The translations under genes and the position numbers were made by a program. From Escherichia phage fp01, in sequence record NC_048731.1: a stretch of 64,000 bases of DNA; one strand, written 5' to 3'. Shown piece by piece: positions 49,486-58,463 of this stretch (positions are counted from its first letter, which is position 1; every line of letters begins with the position of its first letter). The notes under the pieces are model-generated. The model was given only the letters and a program-made list of their open reading frames with translations. It was not told the DNA's origin and ran no database searches.

Positions 49486-49740
49486 CGTTCTTAAATGCGA
49501 ATCATTATCATTTGCATTCCACTTCCTGAATAAGAATCATTCCACTATCTAAACGATAATCATTCCACTTCCTGAATAATAATCATTCCACTATCTAAAT
49601 AAGAATCATTCCACTATCTAAACGATAATCATTCCACTTTTTAAATGAGATTGATTCTCATTCCACTTTCTAAATGCGAATTATTATCATTCGCATTCCG
49701 CTTTTTAAATGAGAATGATTCTTATTATCATTCGTATTTA
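49486..49740. repeat. tandem iteron-like ~23-bp repeats
   Basis: About 8 head-to-tail units of 'CATTCCACT(A/T)(T/C)CT(A/G)AA(T/C)(A/G)A(T/G)AAT' with variants. Confidence 0.8.
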
Positions 49741-49762
49741 GCGCAGAGCAATTGCTCTGCGC
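49741..49762. repeat. perfect 22-nt palindrome followed by T-run
   Basis: 'GCGCAGAGCA-ATT-GCTCTGCGC' then 'TTTTGTG'; could act as a terminator or protein site. Confidence 0.8.
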
Positions 49763-49765
49763 TTT

Positions 49766-50369
49766 TGTGCAAAACCGACATTGCTCCACGGGTGTTACGT
49801 GCGGGCGTATGTGCAAATCCGACAGGATTTTTGGTAGTGTGCAAATCCGACCCGAAAAATTTTTATAGTGTGCGAATCCGACAATGAATTTTTCCAAAAA
49901 CTCCAGCAATCCGATGCTGCGCATCAATCCTGTGGAATTAACTAGAATATGTGCAAATCCGACATGAGTTTATTTGTGCGAATCCGACAAGATTTTTGTG
50001 ACTTCGATTGGAGGGTGTGTGATTGTGTGGGTTTGGGGAGAAGTTGAGAGAGCGAGGGAAAATTAGGGGAGAAGCTAGAGAGGCGCATGTTTGGTGCGGG
50101 GGCACCCGATTTGCGGGGATTTTGGGGAAGAGTTGAGAAGATTTGGGTTAATTTGAGATTAGTGGAGATAAAGTAAAATTTTATTAGCTAAATGGGGCAA
50201 AATAGCTTGACAAGTGAAAATTCTTGTGGCTCTAAAAACTCAGGCAATCATGGGCCTTCGGCCCGAAATAATGCTGCCATTTTCAAGAGATTATGTGTCC
50301 ATGAAAACTTAGGCAATTGTGCAAATCCGACCATAAATTTCTAGAAACACAATGTGCAAATCCGACAGT
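49766..50369 (+). repeat. eight dispersed direct copies of a 14-nt motif
   Basis: 'GTGC(A/G)AA(A/T)CCGAC(A/C)' at ~49767, 49811, 49840, 49871, 49950, 49977, 50320, 50353, all on the same strand. Confidence 0.8.
50000..50200 (+). repeat. purine-rich G-tract region with 3 copies of 'GGGGAGAAG(T/C)TGAGAG'-like unit
   Basis: Strong G+A skew on plus strand; G-runs 'GGG','GGGG','GGGGG' spaced by short linkers. Confidence 0.7.
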
Positions 50370-50914
50370 AAAATCCAGAAATGTGTTTTCAAAAAATGTT
50401 GTCTAGAAATAACCGCCCTCCCCATAACCGCCCTGTATTAAACCGCCTAGTATATGTTCCTAGAAACTTAGGAGAACCGCCCACTAGAAGTGTGATATCT
50501 CGTGAGTATTTCGTGAGAACTCTGGAGTTTCTAGGAAAGTGTTGTGCCATCCTAGCAGATGAGCGGCAACAGGTGTATCATCTTGAATGTAAATTATGTG
50601 GTCAAAAGTTTTACTTTTATTTTAAATATAAGATCCCCCAGGGTTCTCATATAGAGCTTTGCCCCCGCCAGAAGGTCTCGTGATGTTTCTAGCAATTTAT
50701 ATTAAATTACTTATTAACTTGTCCTGTCGCTCCGTATCCTCCGCTACAAGTTAGTAATTTTAAATTACTGAACCACCACACCTTCTGTGTGGCAACTCTA
50801 AATGGTTAATTCTATTAACTCATAGAGTTATGATAACATACATTTAGCTATCTGTCAACGAGAGTTTGTATTTGAGTCTCGGTACAGGTATTGTGCACCG
50901 AGACTTGCAGGATC

Positions 50915-51799
50915 TTACAGTAACTCTTGGTATGCTTTTTGATACGCCTCAGTGTCCGTAGGTGTACCTTTTGCAATGGCTATTAATTCATCTGTAATCT
51001 GAATATTCGTATTATAACGTGAGTGGAACTCGTCAGGAATTTCTAGATACCTATTGATGAATGCTGCAGCAAGCGGTGAAGCTACACCCATTTCTAGAAC
51101 CCATCCAACATGGTTTTCAAATTTCAGATAAGGAGAATCAGATGGGATTGGTGGGGTTACATCAATTTTCTCTGGTTCTTTTTCTGGAAGCAACGGATTA
51201 TTATATAATGCTTCATCTGGAAGCACAGATTTACGCTCTTTAAATATATAAGTTTCTAGATCAGATGCTTTAGATCCTGAGTATACAGCAAAGATGCTAG
51301 CTTTACCTTGTGATGCTCTAACTGGTAGATAACTAGTAGGATAGCTTCTTAATGCATCATGGAATGGACTTCCTGAATATTTGTACGTATCCCCATAGAG
51401 ATCGTCAATATTCATTCGTTCATCTTCAAAAATGTGAAATGACTTAAATGGTGGAATGGTGAAGTATTCCATCTGTAATCCATAAACTAAGAAACGATGT
51501 GCATATGCACTGATTTTTAAGACTGTGAATGCTTTTTCACCTTCTTTATGGGCATTGCCCTTTGAAGTAACTGGGTAACGTTTACAAAACATCTCTACTA
51601 GACGTTTCTCATTAAGACTAAGGGTGGAGTACAGTCGTCCACTTAACCCTATAAGTGCATCGAACATAAATGCTAGTTTATCTTTTTCTTCTTGGGTTAG
51701 TTCAGGAAACGGAAGTACTTTAGCATTAGGAACACTATTATTCTCCTTTGCCTTTACTTTGCCAGCATTTTGTCTTAGTTTATCTTTAAAGTTATACAT
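50915..51799 (-). CDS. hypothetical early protein (294 aa)
   Basis: Long ORF, first gene of the minus-strand early block after the repeat region. Confidence 0.55.
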   Translation of the reverse strand: MYNFKDKLRQNAGKVKAKENNSVPNAKVLPFPELTQEEKDKLAFMFDALIGLSGRLYSTLSLNEKRLVEMFCKRYPVTSKGNAHKEGEKAFTVLKISAYAHRFLVYGLQMEYFTIPPFKSFHIFEDERMNIDDLYGDTYKYSGSPFHDALRSYPTSYLPVRASQGKASIFAVYSGSKASDLETYIFKERKSVLPDEALYNNPLLPEKEPEKIDVTPPIPSDSPYLKFENHVGWVLEMGVASPLAAAFINRYLEIPDEFHSRYNTNIQITDELIAIAKGTPTDTEAYQKAYQELL

Positions 51800-51877
51800 T
51801 ATTTATCTCTCATTTTTAAGGTCTGGATGACCTTCTTTTTATTTTAGAGCCTCCGTAGAGGCTCATGTATTAGAGGA

Positions 51878-52492
51878 TTAGCTACCTCTCTTATCCTCGT
51901 CGATAACAGCTCCCAACGCCTCCATAATAGCATCTTCTAAGCTTCCATGCTTACTAGGATTATTAAAATGAATAGTACAAACAGAACTCCTAGAAACTCC
52001 AGCATCCGCAGGTGCTACGCTTCGCATATCAGATTCAAAAGCTTCTTGAGTATGTTTCAGCTGTACAGAAGGGCCGTAGTCTTCACCAAACTTATATGAC
52101 TGCGTACTACTTACCACACCCCCACAAGGAACATTGTGCATATCCGACATTAATCTTTTATCGGAGTTATTCAGCATTGAGATTGTCCCTGACTGCCACG
52201 GATCTCTAATAGTCACTGGAGTACTGGGGCGATTCACCTCGGTCTTCACAAGTTTGTACCCTGCATCGATTAATGCGTTAATTAGATTATCAGCCGGGAT
52301 GCGAGCCTTGCCAAAAATCTTACGAGCATCTTCGAGCTTATCCTCAAGATCTTTACATGCTCTAAGGTCATTGTGTGCAAATGTTAGCTTCATAGATTTG
52401 AATTGTACAGTAGCAGTTAAATCTTTAAAGCTATAATCCCATGTGTTCAGTTCATGATCTGGTACTACTTGAATAGGTTGTTGTGTAAACAT
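51878..52492 (-). CDS. hypothetical early protein (204 aa)
   Basis: ORF. Confidence 0.5.
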   Translation of the reverse strand: MFTQQPIQVVPDHELNTWDYSFKDLTATVQFKSMKLTFAHNDLRACKDLEDKLEDARKIFGKARIPADNLINALIDAGYKLVKTEVNRPSTPVTIRDPWQSGTISMLNNSDKRLMSDMHNVPCGGVVSSTQSYKFGEDYGPSVQLKHTQEAFESDMRSVAPADAGVSRSSVCTIHFNNPSKHGSLEDAIMEALGAVIDEDKRGS

Positions 52493-52677
52493 TATTTATT
52501 CTCCAGTTTGTCTAATAGCTTATGAGCTGCTAGATTATATTGTTCAAGTTCACGATTAAGGATTTGGTTTTCACACTTTAACTCTAGGTTCTCTTTATTA
52601 AGAAGATTGCTAATAAATAGAAGTGCTAGTATAATTAGCAAGGAACCTACGAGCATTAAAAGAAAAAGAGTTTCCAT
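52492..52677 (-). CDS. small membrane/coiled-coil protein (61 aa)
   Basis: N-terminal TM 'LFLLMLVGSLLIILALLFI' then coiled-coil-like tail. Confidence 0.4.
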   Translation of the reverse strand: METLFLLMLVGSLLIILALLFISNLLNKENLELKCENQILNRELEQYNLAAHKLLDKLENK

Positions 52678-53117
52678 TATTTTATCTCCATTCTTAACTT
52701 TGAAAACTTATTATACCAAACTATATGATTATCGTCAATTACAAATTTATGATAACATGCTGGTACGGTATAAGTTCCATAATCCGTGACACGCTGCACA
52801 ACCTTGTGTGCACACAGTCGACAACCATGCCCTTCTAAATGAGATCTAGCAGTTTGCCAGTAATAACCATCATGGTCCGGGCAATAGATCTCAACTTGCT
52901 GTTGCATTGTCTTATAATTTACACGCTCATACCCAAAGAAAGCTCCATGAGCTGCAACAGCTTTCTTGATAAATATAAGGTTTAATGCTTCTTGTTGAAA
53001 GTCGGGATGTAGCTGCTTAATCTTAGTTCTATTAATAGATCCATCCGATTTGATAAACCTATTTATTGGGAAGTTGTTAGCTTCCTCGATTAATAATTCA
53101 TTTACTTTTTCTCTCAT
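52677..53117 (-). CDS. hypothetical Cys/His-rich protein (147 aa from 'MREKVNE')
   Basis: 'CPDHDGYYW...HLEGHGCRLCAH' possible metal-binding motif; TAAtATG junction with upstream gene. Confidence 0.45.
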   Translation of the reverse strand: MREKVNELLIEEANNFPINRFIKSDGSINRTKIKQLHPDFQQEALNLIFIKKAVAAHGAFFGYERVNYKTMQQQVEIYCPDHDGYYWQTARSHLEGHGCRLCAHKVVQRVTDYGTYTVPACYHKFVIDDNHIVWYNKFSKLRMEIK

Positions 53118-53118
53118 A

Positions 53119-53343
53119 TTAGATATTCTCACAGCTAAGGTAGAAACATTCGTAAGCATCCCCAGTAAACTCTTTATCTTGTAATATACACTTAGCCTGG
53201 TCTTCTGGTACTCCAGCATCTAATAATTGTTGTTTACTTGGCTTTTCAGCGAATACCTTTACAAAATATTCACCATCCTGATTATACTCATTTATATCTC
53301 TAGTAAGGACATATACTTGCATTTGAAGTTCCTTGAAACACAA
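53119..53343 (-). CDS. hypothetical protein (74 aa)
   Basis: ORF. Confidence 0.4.
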   Translation of the reverse strand: MCFKELQMQVYVLTRDINEYNQDGEYFVKVFAEKPSKQQLLDAGVPEDQAKCILQDKEFTGDAYECFYLSCENI

Positions 53344-53376
53344 AAGGCCAGAACAATTAAGTCCTGGCCTCTAGAA

Positions 53377-53751
53377 TTAATGAAGTTGTTTACCACTTCT
53401 TAAAATAGTGGCCGTTTCCATAAGATTTAATGTTGTATCACGCTTTTTGATTTGTTTGTCGAGTTCATCGGTACGTTTGCCAATGTAAGCGTTAATAGCC
53501 ATATTCATAGCTGAGGCGAGATCTTCTTTGGTTATCTCTTCATCATCTAAAGCTAATTTAGCTAAAGAATCGAAAGTACTAGAAAGTCCTATAAGATCAG
53601 AAGCTTCCCCAGCCAAAATAGGATTTATATTATCTATTGTTACTTCTAACATAGAGTTAACAATATCTTCACCATCTATTAGACCAGATTCAATATTACT
53701 CTCCCACTCCTTCATCTGCTCCAGCAATGGATTTTTCTTTTCTGTCATGGT
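53377..53751 (-). CDS. hypothetical acidic protein (start uncertain)
   Basis: ORF; probable start at internal Met 'MTEKKNP'. Confidence 0.4.
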   Translation of the reverse strand, partial: TMTEKKNPLLEQMKEWESNIESGLIDGEDIVNSMLEVTIDNINPILAGEASDLIGLSSTFDSLAKLALDDEEITKEDLASAMNMAINAYIGKRTDELDKQIKKRDTTLNLMETATILRSGKQLH

Positions 53752-54157
53752 AAAGGTTTCCTGTGTCAGTTGGTAAGAAGGACGATTGAGCTTTAGGTGG
53801 ATGTTGTTTAGCAATCCAGTTAAGAATCAGCACACGACTAGGGACAATATCGGTATTATACCAGAAATCGTGAACCCATTGACGAGCATCCTCAAACTTA
53901 CCAAATTTATACGCTTTCTTAAACAATTCAAACCCAAAACAATCCGGCGTAAAGTCTACTTCACGATACTGAATTACTTTAGAACCCGTTAGATCTTGAA
54001 TTGCTGCATTAATTTCTGTATGGGAGAATTTTGTTTCGTGAAACTTATTAAAGAATCGGTAGTTGAAGCGTCCGTTCGTTTCGACAAATAACTGGATAAA
54101 GAGATCGTTAAATTGGTTATCAAACCAGTAATTCTGTAGTTGTTGTAGTGCTGTCAT
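53696..54157 (-). CDS. hypothetical protein (153 aa)
   Basis: ORF, aromatic-rich. Confidence 0.45.
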   Translation of the reverse strand: MTALQQLQNYWFDNQFNDLFIQLFVETNGRFNYRFFNKFHETKFSHTEINAAIQDLTGSKVIQYREVDFTPDCFGFELFKKAYKFGKFEDARQWVHDFWYNTDIVPSRVLILNWIAKQHPPKAQSSFLPTDTGNLYHDRKEKSIAGADEGVGE

Positions 54158-54354
54158 TTACGAACTCCGTTAATTGCCACGATGATGCCTTCGTACATAA
54201 AAGGAAGTAGTTCAGAAGTGTAGAAGATATTTTCCGTTATTCCTAGATGTCGAAAAAGTATATTAAATAATGCTGTTAGAAATACAATCTGAGGCAGTAA
54301 TACAAAATACTCAGTTACAATCTTTGGTGCCTGATAAACAAGACGTTTTATCAT
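54154..54354 (-). CDS. small membrane protein (66 aa)
   Basis: Hydrophobic core 'VLLPQIVFLTALFNILF'. Confidence 0.35.
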   Translation of the reverse strand: MIKRLVYQAPKIVTEYFVLLPQIVFLTALFNILFRHLGITENIFYTSELLPFMYEGIIVAINGVRK

Positions 54355-54453
54355 TGTTTTTAAGTCTCCTTATTACTTTGGCCTGCTCCACAATAATAAA
54401 AACTGCAAGCACTAATAGTGCTATTAGCCCCGCAGTAATTGGTACTAAATCAA

Positions 54454-54780
54454 TCATGGGAGACGCCATACGTAATTAGCTGTCTGTAGAGTCTTAGCAG
54501 TATCATCATGGTACATTACTACAGACTTTGGTGAATAGCTATCAGCTAGTTCTTTACGAATCATTTCACACTCTTCACCAGTATCAATATTTTTAACTAT
54601 CACTTTCATATTAAGTGGTGTTAATACAGAAAGTGGTTTCCAAGAGTCCTCAATTTCAATTCCTACCTTTTTCTCGATTAACATGAGAACTTCTAGTGTA
54701 TCATCTGGAATACTAATATTATTATTCACAAACTGTAATATCTCATGTAAGGTATTTAATTCATTAAAATTAAGCTTCAT
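54454..54780 (-). CDS. hypothetical protein (108 aa)
   Basis: ORF. Confidence 0.45.
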   Translation of the reverse strand: MKLNFNELNTLHEILQFVNNNISIPDDTLEVLMLIEKKVGIEIEDSWKPLSVLTPLNMKVIVKNIDTGEECEMIRKELADSYSPKSVVMYHDDTAKTLQTANYVWRLP

Positions 54781-55015
54781 CTTTAAGAATATCCTCTACC
54801 ATATCACAAGACTGTTGCAATTCATCCGCAATTCGTTTAATATCAGTTTTTGTTATTTTACCAATTAACATCACCAGTAACATAGAAAAGATAATAAGTG
54901 GGACTGGAATAACAAATAAAGCTACCTTAGCTACATTCTTTGGCGTCCATGTGTGGTACTTAGTAACCAGTACACCAACCACAATTAGATAAAACGCTAG
55001 AATAAACATCATCAT
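54770..55015 (-). CDS. small membrane protein (81 aa)
   Basis: Two hydrophobic helices. Confidence 0.4.
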   Translation of the reverse strand: MMMFILAFYLIVVGVLVTKYHTWTPKNVAKVALFVIPVPLIIFSMLLVMLIGKITKTDIKRIADELQQSCDMVEDILKDEA

Positions 55016-55293
55016 TTTTTAATCTCCGTAATTATCTGTGCACGCATTACTTTATTAGGTAGTTTTGTATTCCCAGCAATTGCTTCGATATTGTTTAGTT
55101 TTTCTTTTAGAATATCTGAGCGTCTCTGAGCTAGTTCAATATCTTGTTCTTGTTCTATTAAGCGGCAGTGAAGTCCACTATTAGTAGTAAGCATACTCTC
55201 TATATTTTTTCGCATGCTTACAATACCAATAATCCCCCCAATCGCTGCTAGTGTCATAAGAACTAGCAATCCAATGAGAATTTCTATAATCAT
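55012..55293 (-). CDS. membrane-anchored coiled-coil protein (93 aa)
   Basis: N-terminal TM 'IIEILIGLLVLMTLAAIGGIIGIV'. Confidence 0.4.
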   Translation of the reverse strand: MIIEILIGLLVLMTLAAIGGIIGIVSMRKNIESMLTTNSGLHCRLIEQEQDIELAQRRSDILKEKLNNIEAIAGNTKLPNKVMRAQIITEIKK

Positions 55294-55826
55294 TTATTTA
55301 ATTCCTCTAAAGTAGGTAATGGTTTTGTATGATCAAAAGTTTCTATAACAGCGGTAGGCCCATGTAGTTCTAAACGTAGTTCATTAGCTCTTTGAACTGC
55401 CAACTCTAAATCTAGGTATCTAAAGTAACCTCCGTGTACTGTAATACTTTCGGCGCTTCTGACCTGGACTCTCCATTGTTGTCGATCTTTTTTCCAGGTA
55501 ATTCCTAAGTACCCCGAATTAGATTGAGCGATTTTGCTACGATTATTCTCTTGGGACGTACAATCTTTTAAATTACACCACCTATTATCTTTTCTTATAT
55601 TATTTAAGTGGTGTACTAGATTTGGAATATACCCCTCCATGTACAAAAAGGCTAATCTATGGGCTGCGTATCTTTTTCTATTTATTCCAATAAATATATA
55701 ACCATCCTTATCAGGACTACCAGCAATACTACCTGCTTTACCTCGTCCTCTACTGACTTTCCTTATAAACTCGCCCGTTTCCGGGTGGTATTCAAATAAC
55801 TCTTTTAATCTTTCTTGTGTTAGCAT
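55290..55826 (-). CDS. HNH homing endonuclease with AP2-like DNA-binding segment
   Basis: 'VHHLNNIRKDNRWCNL' HNH motif; 'GYLGITWKKDRQQWRVQV' AP2-like. Confidence 0.6.
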   Translation of the reverse strand: MLTQERLKELFEYHPETGEFIRKVSRGRGKAGSIAGSPDKDGYIFIGINRKRYAAHRLAFLYMEGYIPNLVHHLNNIRKDNRWCNLKDCTSQENNRSKIAQSNSGYLGITWKKDRQQWRVQVRSAESITVHGGYFRYLDLELAVQRANELRLELHGPTAVIETFDHTKPLPTLEELNK

Positions 55827-56089
55827 TTTTTCTTTAATTGCTTGACTTCACGCTCAAAGCTAGCTGCTCGGCGTTCTGCCACTGCTTGATGCTCCTTAGC
55901 AAAGCGTGTCTCTTGTTTTGCTAAGTTAAAGGCCATAGCGTTCTTGTTAAGAGAATCGTACATCTTCTTCATCGCCGGAATAGACATTTTCATCAGTTGC
56001 CCCTCAAATCCTTGCATGTCGAGGAGAATTGCCAGAACGTTAGCCATTTCATTTTTAGTCATGTTTTCCATTAGAATTTCCTCTCTCAT
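55820..56089 (-). CDS. hypothetical protein (89 aa)
   Basis: ORF downstream of a PN25-like promoter with 'GAGAGAGG' RBS. Confidence 0.45.
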   Translation of the reverse strand: MREEILMENMTKNEMANVLAILLDMQGFEGQLMKMSIPAMKKMYDSLNKNAMAFNLAKQETRFAKEHQAVAERRAASFEREVKQLKKKC

Positions 56090-56103
56090 TAATTTATGAA
56101 CTT

Positions 56104-56132
56104 ATTATACAGAATTTTAAGGCTTAAAGCAA
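56104..56132 (-). promoter_or_regulatory. sigma70 promoter closely resembling T5 PN25
   Basis: Minus-strand 'TTGCTT' + 17 nt ('TAAGCCTTAAAATTCTG') + 'TATAAT' + 'AAGTTCATAAATTAATGAGAGAGG'. Confidence 0.6.
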
Positions 56133-56149
56133 CTGAATTTTTTAATTAC

Positions 56150-56578
56150 TTACCAATCGTTAACAACGCCGGAGAACTCAGAAGCAAAAACTTTTTCAAA
56201 TTTCTCTGCAATTTCAGGATGATCTTTGCAGATCAGCTCAATACAGGCTTCTGGAGTCATTCCTTCATCTTCAGGATCACCGTAGTATTTGTCCCAGAGA
56301 TCATCAGGAATGATGCGTTCAGCTAGATCTTGGAAATAAACTGCCTGGTAACGTGGGGCTTCTTCAGCAAAGAGTTCTTCGATCTCTTCATCAGCCTCAC
56401 CTCTGTAATCTGCCATTAATAGGGCATCAGTTGCGTAACATTCCCAGACCATCAAACGTTCAGAGATAGGATTAGACTTATCTTGAACGTAAGACTGGAA
56501 CAAGGTTCGGAAAGTTGCCTTAACTTGTTCAAACTTATCTGCTGCTGCGAAAACTAGAGCTTTATCAACTTTGTTCAT
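56150..56578 (-). CDS. hypothetical acidic protein (142 aa)
   Basis: ORF with own promoter. Confidence 0.5.
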   Translation of the reverse strand: MNKVDKALVFAAADKFEQVKATFRTLFQSYVQDKSNPISERLMVWECYATDALLMADYRGEADEEIEELFAEEAPRYQAVYFQDLAERIIPDDLWDKYYGDPEDEGMTPEACIELICKDHPEIAEKFEKVFASEFSGVVNDW

Positions 56579-56608
56579 TTTGATTCCTTCTCATCAATTT
56601 ATAAAGTA

Positions 56609-56637
56609 ATTATACAGAAACTTAAGCATTTTAGCAA
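56609..56637 (-). promoter_or_regulatory. sigma70 promoter (T5 early type)
   Basis: Minus-strand 'TTGCTA' + 17 nt + 'TATAAT' + 'TACTTTATAAATTGATGAGAAGG'. Confidence 0.55.
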
Positions 56638-56745
56638 ATAAAACTTTTAATTAAAATGCCTAATCCCGTGCCAATAGCAATACAAATGATTATAAGTATT
56701 GCTATCGCTTGTATGATTCGTTTAATAATAGCCTCGGTTATATAC

Positions 56746-57267
56746 TCAGACATTTAACATCCAGCTAGTTTTATCATGTGAAGTGTACTTACCACCCATG
56801 ATGTCTTCCAGGCGTACTGGTGATTTTGCATACTCGACACAAACATTAATATAACGAGGGTCTCCCATTAGCTCAAAGTGAGTATGCCCATGTAAGTTCT
56901 TTTTACCTCTCAGTTCCCCAGGGTGTATTGGAGCATGGGAAAGCCAGAAGTTTTTATACTTAACTAGTGATTGTACGTTATCTACAACCCCTATTAAGTC
57001 TTTGAAAGATAATCCTTCTCGTTCTAAGTCGTGGTTTCCCAAAACTAACGTAGTTCTAACATTGCCAAATAGTTTTTCGAACTTCTCCAAACCATTTCTA
57101 GATACAAATGCGTCTCCTAAAATATAGAATACTGTACGCTTATCTTTCATGGATGTAATAGTATCCATAATAAATTCATCATGCTCTTCCATAGTAGAGA
57201 AGATTGGTCTGAATTTAGTAATATTTGTATGCCCCAAGTGGAGATCACTCCAAAAGCGAACTTTCAT
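56746..57267 (-). CDS. calcineurin-like metallophosphoesterase (173 aa)
   Basis: 'SDLHLGH', 'GDAF', 'GNHD', 'HGHTH' motifs. Confidence 0.65.
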   Translation of the reverse strand: MKVRFWSDLHLGHTNITKFRPIFSTMEEHDEFIMDTITSMKDKRTVFYILGDAFVSRNGLEKFEKLFGNVRTTLVLGNHDLEREGLSFKDLIGVVDNVQSLVKYKNFWLSHAPIHPGELRGKKNLHGHTHFELMGDPRYINVCVEYAKSPVRLEDIMGGKYTSHDKTSWMLNV

Positions 57268-58130
57268 TAAAGAATCCTCTGTACACCGCAGCTATTATTT
57301 TTGTCTGTGGTAAATGTGGTGATTTTGCCAGTTTCATCGTTAACTTGCGCAACCGTCAACTGCCCGTTGAAAACACCGCCAGTATCCAGATAAACACGGT
57401 TTTTATAAAGAAGTGGGTAAGGAACTCCAGTGTGTCCGTGGAACACAAAATCTACCCCCTTAACTTCTGGCACTACGTTTATTAGTTCCACCGGCATCCC
57501 GGCATACCTTTTAAAGTATGGGTGATTTGCATCCTCAGACATATGGGAAAATACATCTTGAATAATATCACGATCCCATAGGCAAGCATCCATAAGACCT
57601 CCTAACCCATGATCTGTAGCATGTTCTAGTTGTACTACTAGATTGTCCCAATTAGGGATTTTTACTTCATCGCCACATTCTTTGTATTCAATTGGTACTG
57701 CGGCATGTGCTACACCATATTTTTTCCCTCTATGTAGTACAGTCATAAGTAGGGGCATTTTTTCAGCCATATCTTCGGCAATATTTTTAATGGTGTCTGC
57801 ATCTAGTTCATTCATAGCCCACATACCACCATTATACATCCAATTAGCCCAATCTCCTACAATCATAAATTGGTCATGATTACCACGTACACTGATAAAA
57901 CGTGGATTATACAGGAATTTGGCTAAAACTTGTAGGTTTTGTGTGCCTCGGTCTATTAAGTCTCCGACACATACTACGCAATCTTTTTTGCTATTATACC
58001 CAGCTAATTTCAACGCATCTTCTAGCAAATCATTGCATCCATGAATATCACCAACGAAAAACAAGTTGGCGTCATCCGGCACTACTAGAGTTTTATGTAC
58101 ATTAAATTCTTTTTTCATAATTATTCCCAA
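57267..58130 (-). CDS. serine/threonine protein phosphatase (PPP family)
   Basis: 'GDIHGC', 'GDLIDRG', 'GNHD' signature triad; 'HGHT' later. Confidence 0.75.
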   Translation of the reverse strand: MGIIMKKEFNVHKTLVVPDDANLFFVGDIHGCNDLLEDALKLAGYNSKKDCVVCVGDLIDRGTQNLQVLAKFLYNPRFISVRGNHDQFMIVGDWANWMYNGGMWAMNELDADTIKNIAEDMAEKMPLLMTVLHRGKKYGVAHAAVPIEYKECGDEVKIPNWDNLVVQLEHATDHGLGGLMDACLWDRDIIQDVFSHMSEDANHPYFKRYAGMPVELINVVPEVKGVDFVFHGHTGVPYPLLYKNRVYLDTGGVFNGQLTVAQVNDETGKITTFTTDKNNSCGVQRIL

Positions 58131-58366
58131 ATAACAGTTAAAATAGTTGTGCCATAATCATTAGATAGTTGGAGAGTATAACCCTCTTTATAGAGGGCTT
58201 TTATAGCTTCATAACTAATTTCATCACGATTAAACTGTACAAAAGAACCTCCAATCTCCACAGAAGAAACTATTCTCTTTTTAACATACTTATACGTTTT
58301 CTTCTTGCTCTTAAGGAGTGCAGCTCTATTTATCCTGGCTAAACGTTTTGCTTGTTCCGCTAACAT
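58121..58366 (-). CDS. hypothetical protein (81 aa)
   Basis: ORF with PN25-type promoter and 'GGAGGA' RBS. Confidence 0.45.
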   Translation of the reverse strand: MLAEQAKRLARINRAALLKSKKKTYKYVKKRIVSSVEIGGSFVQFNRDEISYEAIKALYKEGYTLQLSNDYGTTILTVIWE

Positions 58367-58393
58367 TTAATCCTCCAATCAATTTATATAAGT

Positions 58394-58422
58394 ATTATAC
58401 CAAAATTTTTAGCAAAAAGCAA
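58394..58422 (-). promoter_or_regulatory. sigma70 promoter (T5 early type)
   Basis: Minus-strand 'TTGCTT' + 17 nt + 'TATAAT'. Confidence 0.5.
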
Positions 58423-58431
58423 GTAAAATAA

Positions 58432-58457
58432 AAGCCTGATCAGCTAAGATCAGGCTT
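58432..58457 (-). terminator. rho-independent terminator
   Basis: 'AAGCCTGATC-(loop)-GATCAGGCTT' then T-rich tract on the minus strand. Confidence 0.55.
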
Positions 58458-58463
58458 TGTTTA

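Noticed and set aside
49486-50369. Possible CRISPR array suggested by regularly recurring short repeats
   Set aside because: Repeat units are imperfect, 14-23 nt, with irregular or no spacers and no cas genes anywhere in the window; better explained as iterons or protein-binding arrays.
50381-50683. 100-aa ORF in the track
   Set aside because: Lies inside the repeat landscape, has no ribosome-binding site, and its sequence is built from the 'CTAGAAA' and 'AACCGCC' repeat motifs; most likely non-coding.
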